From NCBI GenBank assembly GCA_963825055.1, contig CAWGSK010000002.1:64001-128000 (forward strand): a stretch of DNA of 64,000 nucleotides. The letters run 5' to 3'. Shown piece after piece: positions 59,682 through 64,000 of the stretch. The position numbers were made by a program, and so were the translations under genes. A model generated the notes under the pieces. The model made no database searches, was not told where the DNA came from, and worked only from the letters and a program-made list of their open reading frames with translations. This DNA is from an uncultured Gemmatimonadales bacterium. GTDB taxonomy: Bacteria > Gemmatimonadota > Gemmatimonadetes > Gemmatimonadales > GWC2-71-9. The stretch's first letter is position 1. Every line of letters starts with the position of its first letter.

Positions 59682-59972
59682 ATGAAATACTTCCATCGCA
59701 CCTCGGCGCCGCCCGAGGCGGTGGTCGAGCGGGCCTCGAGCTGGTTCGGGGCCCGGCTCGGGCCGGCGGACGAGTCGTCCCGCCGGCGGGCGTTTTCCGG
59801 AAGCCTCGGCCGGGTCAGCGTGGACGTGCAGGCCGAGGGCGGCCACTACACCCTGGTCACCGTGGTGACGGACCAGCCGGGAGAGAGTGAACTCGACAAG
59901 CTCGCCAAGCGCTTCCTGGCCGAGGTACATACCCTGGCCCATCCGCGCCACGAGGTCCGTGGCGCCTACTGA
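59682..59972 (+). CDS. Small hypothetical protein
   Basis: GGAG RBS, high GC3, 3 nt after the ino1 stop. Confidence 0.65.
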   Translation: MKYFHRTSAPPEAVVERASSWFGARLGPADESSRRRAFSGSLGRVSVDVQAEGGHYTLVTVVTDQPGESELDKLAKRFLAEVHTLAHPRHEVRGAY

Positions 59973-59981
59973 GTTGTCCTG

Positions 59982-60197
59982 ATGGCCCATCTTCGCATCA
60001 ACATCGGCGGCATGACCGGCGTCCCCTGCCAGCAGCGGATCGAGGACCAGGTCCGCGAACTGCGCGGGGTACATGCCGTGGTGATCTGCCTCGAGCGCGG
60101 TCACGCCGATGTCGAATACGCGGACGAATTCGTGGGCCCCGAGCGGATCCTCGCCGCCATCGAGGGCGCCGGCTACGCTGCCCGCCTCGGCGGCTGA
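59982..60197 (+). CDS. HMA/CopZ-fold protein with degenerate metal motif
   Basis: GMTGVPC in place of GMTCxxC; AIEGAGY ending. Confidence 0.75.
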   Translation: MAHLRINIGGMTGVPCQQRIEDQVRELRGVHAVVICLERGHADVEYADEFVGPERILAAIEGAGYAARLGG

Positions 60198-60275
60198 GCC
60201 GCCGTTGCTCCGCTTGATTTCCCACCCCGCCACGCCGATCTTTCGCCGCCTTCTTCCAGGACCTTCCTGAACCGC

Positions 60276-61331
60276 ATGACGTCCCGATCCACAATGACCG
60301 CCGCGCCGCCCGCGCCCCCTGCCGGCCTGTCGCGGGAGCAACTGCACGAGCTCTACTACTACATGCGCCTGACCCGCTCGCTCGAGGAGCGCCTGGTCAA
60401 CCTCTACCGCCAGACGAAGGTCATCGGCGGGCTTTTCCGCTCCCTGGGCCAGGAGGCGGAGAGCGTGGGAAGCGCCTATGCGCTGGACCGGGCGCGCGGC
60501 GACTTTCTCTCGCCCCTGATCCGGAACATGGGCAGCATGCTGGTGCAGGGCGCCCGGCCGCTCGAGATCCTGCGCCAGTACATGGCGAAGGCCGGGAGCC
60601 CTACCCGCGGTCGCGAGCTCAACATCCACTTCGGCGATCTCGATCGGGGGTTCATCGGCCAGATCTCGCACCTGGGAGACATGGTGCCGGTGATGGCCGG
60701 GGTGGCCCTGAGCTTCCGGATGCGGAAAGAGCCGCGGGTCTGCCTGGTCTACATCGGCGACGGCGGGATGAGCACCGGGGCGTTCCATGAGGGGATCAAC
60801 TTCGCCGCCGTCCAGCAGCTGCCGGTCGTCATCGTCTGCGAGAACAACGGGTATGCGTTCTCGACGCCCACCCACCTCCAGACCCGGGCGGCTCGCCTCG
60901 TGGACAAGGCGCCGGGCTACGGCATCCCGGGCGTGCGGGCCGACGGTAACGATGTGCTGGCGGCATACGCCGCGACGCGTGAGGCGGTCGACCGCGCCAG
61001 GGCGGGCGGGGGACCGACACTGATCGAGTTCCTCACGTATCGACGGAAGGGACACGCCGAGCACGACAACCAGAGCTACGTGCCGGCGGAGGAGCTGGAG
61101 TCGTGGGCCGCCCGGGACCCGCTCGACCGCTACCACCGCGAACTGGTGGAGGCCGGATGGGCCACCACCGCGGGGCTGGAGGCGATCGACGCCAGGGTGG
61201 ACGCGGAGCTGGCGGAGGCCGTGGCCTCCTGCGAGGATGAACCGATGCCCGACACGGATACCGCGCTCGACGGGGTCTATGCCAACCCTGCGCGACTGGA
61301 CACGGACTGGTTCCGGAGGCTCCATGGCTGA
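60276..61331 (+). CDS. 2-oxoacid dehydrogenase E1 alpha (pyruvate or branched-chain type)
   Basis: GQEA, GDG..ENN TPP motif, TYR..GH. Confidence 0.92.
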   Translation: MTSRSTMTAAPPAPPAGLSREQLHELYYYMRLTRSLEERLVNLYRQTKVIGGLFRSLGQEAESVGSAYALDRARGDFLSPLIRNMGSMLVQGARPLEILRQYMAKAGSPTRGRELNIHFGDLDRGFIGQISHLGDMVPVMAGVALSFRMRKEPRVCLVYIGDGGMSTGAFHEGINFAAVQQLPVVIVCENNGYAFSTPTHLQTRAARLVDKAPGYGIPGVRADGNDVLAAYAATREAVDRARAGGGPTLIEFLTYRRKGHAEHDNQSYVPAEELESWAARDPLDRYHRELVEAGWATTAGLEAIDARVDAELAEAVASCEDEPMPDTDTALDGVYANPARLDTDWFRRLHG

Positions 61332-62304
61332 GGTCACATATCTCGAGGCGCTCCGGCAGGGTCTCTGGGAGGAGATGGAACGGGATCCCGCAGTCTTCAT
61401 CCTGGGCGAGGACGTGGGCATTTACGGCGGCGCGTTCAAGGTCACCGACGGGTTCTACGGGCACTTCGGTGCCGACCGCGTCATCGACACGCCGATCTCC
61501 GAGGCGGCGATCGTGGGCGCCGCGGCCGGCGCCGCCCACATGGGATTGCGCCCGGTCGCGGAGATGCAGTTCATCGACTTCATCTCCTGCGCGTACGACA
61601 TGCTCACCAACTACGTCGCGACCGCGCGGTACCGCGCCGGCCTGCCGACGCCCATGGTCGTGCGCGGTCCGAGCGGTGGTTACGTGCGCGGTGGCCCGTT
61701 CCACTCGCAGAACCCCGAGGCGGCCTTCCTGCACACCCCGGGCCTCAAGATCGTCTGCCCCGCCACCGCCCGTGACGCGAAAGGCCTGATCAAGGCAGCG
61801 GTCCGGGACGACGATCCCGTGCTTTATTTCGAACACAAGTATCTTTATCGTCGGATCAAGGAGGACCTCCCGGAGGGCGAGGAGATCCTCACGCCGATCG
61901 GCAGCGCGCGCCTGGCGCGCGAGGGTCGTGACCTGTCCATCATCACGTGGTCCGCGATGGTGTACAAGGCGCTCGAGGCCGCCGAGCGGCTGGAGCAGGA
62001 GGATGGGCTGTCGGTCGAGGTGCTCGACCTCCGGACCCTCCTGCCGATGGACGACGCGGCGATCATGGCCACGGTGCGGAAGACCAACCGGGTCCTGATC
62101 GCGCACGAAGACACGCGGACGGGTGGTGTGGCGGGGGAGATCACCGCGCGCATAAACGACCAGGCGTTCGAATGGCTCGATGCCCCGGTCAAGCGGGTGA
62201 CGGCGCATGACGTGCCGCTGCCCTACGCCCCGACGCTCGAGGACTTCGTCCTGCCCCAGACGGACGACCTCATCCGGGCGAGCCGGTGGCTCGCCGCGTA
62301 CTGA
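61324..62304 (+). CDS. 2-oxoacid dehydrogenase E1 beta
   Basis: GEDVG, DTPISE, EMQFIDF, HSQ, FEHK. Confidence 0.93.
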   Translation: MAEVTYLEALRQGLWEEMERDPAVFILGEDVGIYGGAFKVTDGFYGHFGADRVIDTPISEAAIVGAAAGAAHMGLRPVAEMQFIDFISCAYDMLTNYVATARYRAGLPTPMVVRGPSGGYVRGGPFHSQNPEAAFLHTPGLKIVCPATARDAKGLIKAAVRDDDPVLYFEHKYLYRRIKEDLPEGEEILTPIGSARLAREGRDLSIITWSAMVYKALEAAERLEQEDGLSVEVLDLRTLLPMDDAAIMATVRKTNRVLIAHEDTRTGGVAGEITARINDQAFEWLDAPVKRVTAHDVPLPYAPTLEDFVLPQTDDLIRASRWLAAY

Positions 62305-62360
62305 CCGGCAGGCGGCCCGCTACGGCCGCCAGCCGCTGACCTGATCCGGAGACGTACGTC

Positions 62361-63704
62361 ATGGCTCGAGTGGATGTCATCATGCCGCAGATGGGCGAGT
62401 CCATCGCGGAAGGCACGCTGTCCCGCTGGCTCAAGCAGGTGGGCGACGAGGTCAAGCGCGACGAGGCCATCTTCGAGATTTCCACCGACAAGGTGGACGC
62501 CGAGATCCCCTCGCCCACCGCGGGGAAGCTGGCCGAGGTGCTGGTGAAGGAAGGGGAGACGGTCGCGGTGCAGACCGTGGTTGCCCGGATCGAGACGGAC
62601 AAGGGCGCCGACGTGAGCGCCGGCGATGGCGCGGCGACCCCTCCCGCTCCCGCGCCCGAGACCCCCAAGCCCGCCCCCGCTCCGGAGCCCGAACCCGTGG
62701 CCGCCAAGGCCCCGGCGACTGCCCCGTCCGCCCCGTCCGCCCCGTCCGCCCCGTCAGGTGAGGAGACCTCGGAGGAGCGACTCCGGCGCCGCTCCACGCC
62801 GCTCGTCCGCAAGATGGCGCAGGAGCATGACCTCGACATCAGCACGATCTCCGGGACCGGCCACGCCGGCCGCGTCACGAAGAATGACGTCGTGCAGTAT
62901 CTCGAGGGACGCGGGTCCACTCCGGCGGCACCCGCTGCCGCCCCGGCGGCGGCCGCACCTGGCACGCCCGCCCCGGCTGCCCCGTCGGTGGATGCGTGGC
63001 CCGGCGACCGGGTGGAGCCATGGTCGCGGATCCGCAAGCTCACCGCCGACCACATGATCATGTCACGCCGGGTGTCCGCCCACGTCTCGAGCTACTTCGA
63101 GATCGATTACACGAACATCGTGCAGCTCCGGGCGAGGAAGAAGAAGGAATATGCCGAGCGCGGCGTGAACCTGACCTACCTCGCCTTCATCACGAAGGCC
63201 GTAGCGGACAACATTCGCGCGCATCCGGTGGTGAATGCGGCCGTGTCCGGCGACAGCACGATCTACCGCACCGACGTCAACATCGGCCTGGCCGTGGCGC
63301 TCGACTGGGGGCTCATCGTGCCGGTGATCAAGCACGCCGACGAGCTGTCGCTCCTGGGCATCGCGCGGGCCATCAACGATCTGGGCGAGCGGGCCCGGAA
63401 CAAGAAGCTGAACCCGGACGAGGTGCAGCGCGGGACTTTCACCATCACCAACCCGGGAGTCTTCGGTGGCGTGATCGGGTTCCCGATTATCAACCAGCCC
63501 CAGGTGGCCATCATGGGCGTCGGCGCCATCGGCAAGCAGCCCGCCGTGATCACCGGCCCGGACGGCACGGACGCGATCGCCATCCGCACGAAGGGCATGC
63601 TTTCCCTGTCCTACGACCACCGGGTCGTGGACGGCGCGGATGCCGACCGGTTCCTGGCCGACGTGAAGCGCACGCTGGAGGGCTGGGCGGAATCGGCGGT
63701 CTGA
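62361..63704 (+). CDS. Dihydrolipoamide acyltransferase E2, single lipoyl domain
   Basis: STDKVDAE lipoyl-Lys, subunit-binding GTGHAGRVTK.D, DHRVVDG. Confidence 0.93.
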   Translation: MARVDVIMPQMGESIAEGTLSRWLKQVGDEVKRDEAIFEISTDKVDAEIPSPTAGKLAEVLVKEGETVAVQTVVARIETDKGADVSAGDGAATPPAPAPETPKPAPAPEPEPVAAKAPATAPSAPSAPSAPSGEETSEERLRRRSTPLVRKMAQEHDLDISTISGTGHAGRVTKNDVVQYLEGRGSTPAAPAAAPAAAAPGTPAPAAPSVDAWPGDRVEPWSRIRKLTADHMIMSRRVSAHVSSYFEIDYTNIVQLRARKKKEYAERGVNLTYLAFITKAVADNIRAHPVVNAAVSGDSTIYRTDVNIGLAVALDWGLIVPVIKHADELSLLGIARAINDLGERARNKKLNPDEVQRGTFTITNPGVFGGVIGFPIINQPQVAIMGVGAIGKQPAVITGPDGTDAIAIRTKGMLSLSYDHRVVDGADADRFLADVKRTLEGWAESAV

Positions 63705-63705
63705 T

Positions 63706-64000
63706 GTGACCCGGCACCTGACGGTCGCGCGGGTGAAAGTGGCTCCGGAACACGAGGAGTCATATCTCTCGGCACTCGAGGGCCTTGCCCGGTACGCCGA
63801 GGCGGGCGGACGGCACTGCTGGGTATTCCGCGATCCGAAGCACCCCGGGACGTTCCTCGAGTTTCGCGAGTGGGGCGCCGGAGGCCCCGCGGGCTCGGAG
63901 GCGGAAGGCCGGCTTGAGGCCCGCCTGCGCGAGTGGTCCGAAGTCGAGCCCGGCGCCGACACGGTCTGGGAGGAAGTCCCCCGCGCTGTGTCCCGGCCGG
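63706..64000 (+). CDS. Hypothetical ABM-like alpha-beta barrel protein (3' partial)
   Basis: My translation from GTG 63706: MTRHLTVARVKVAPEHEESYL..WVFRDPKHPGTFLEFREW, open to the window end. Confidence 0.6.
   Translation, partial: MTRHLTVARVKVAPEHEESYLSALEGLARYAEAGGRHCWVFRDPKHPGTFLEFREWGAGGPAGSEAEGRLEARLREWSEVEPGADTVWEEVPRAVSRP

Noticed and set aside
58953..61421. 822-aa minus-strand ORF
   Set aside because: Antisense shadow across ino1 to E1 alpha
62715..62756. GCCCCGTCC x3 repeat
   Set aside because: In-frame Ala-Pro-Ser linker of E2

Overview
High-GC bacterial chromosomal window, probably Gemmatimonadota (inferred from gene content and protein style). No prophage, transposase or CRISPR array is visible. 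Main contents: M28 peptidase, queF, acyl-CoA dehydrogenase, TetR, Ser/Thr kinase, dinB, Mo/W-type ABC permease and ATPase, pilT, trmJ, an alternative complex III operon (actABCDEF), an ECF sigma/anti-sigma pair, a cupredoxin lipoprotein, a sphingolipid operon, an M6 protease with partner lipoprotein, tRNA-Ala(TGC), sodA-peroxiredoxin, a two-component cluster, tonB-exbB-exbD x3, a peptidoglycan-sugar salvage cluster, PIP synthase with inositol-3-phosphate synthase, and 2-oxoacid dehydrogenase E1a/E1b/E2. Best leads: (1) spt-bCerS-cerR plus an Aur1-like PAP2 gene, with a separate PIPS-ino1 operon, suggesting inositol-phosphorylceramide synthesis; (2) a dockerin-like protease tail next to a cohesin-like lipoprotein; (3) Rex-type operators shared by ACIII and the cupredoxin, with ActB keeping a four-Cys Fe-S motif; (4) a YhhQ/VUT-like input domain on a hybrid kinase; (5) recurring intergenic 7-8-mer tandem and inverted repeats. 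Several single-base frameshifts look like assembly indels. All family calls come from motif recognition by eye, not database searches.
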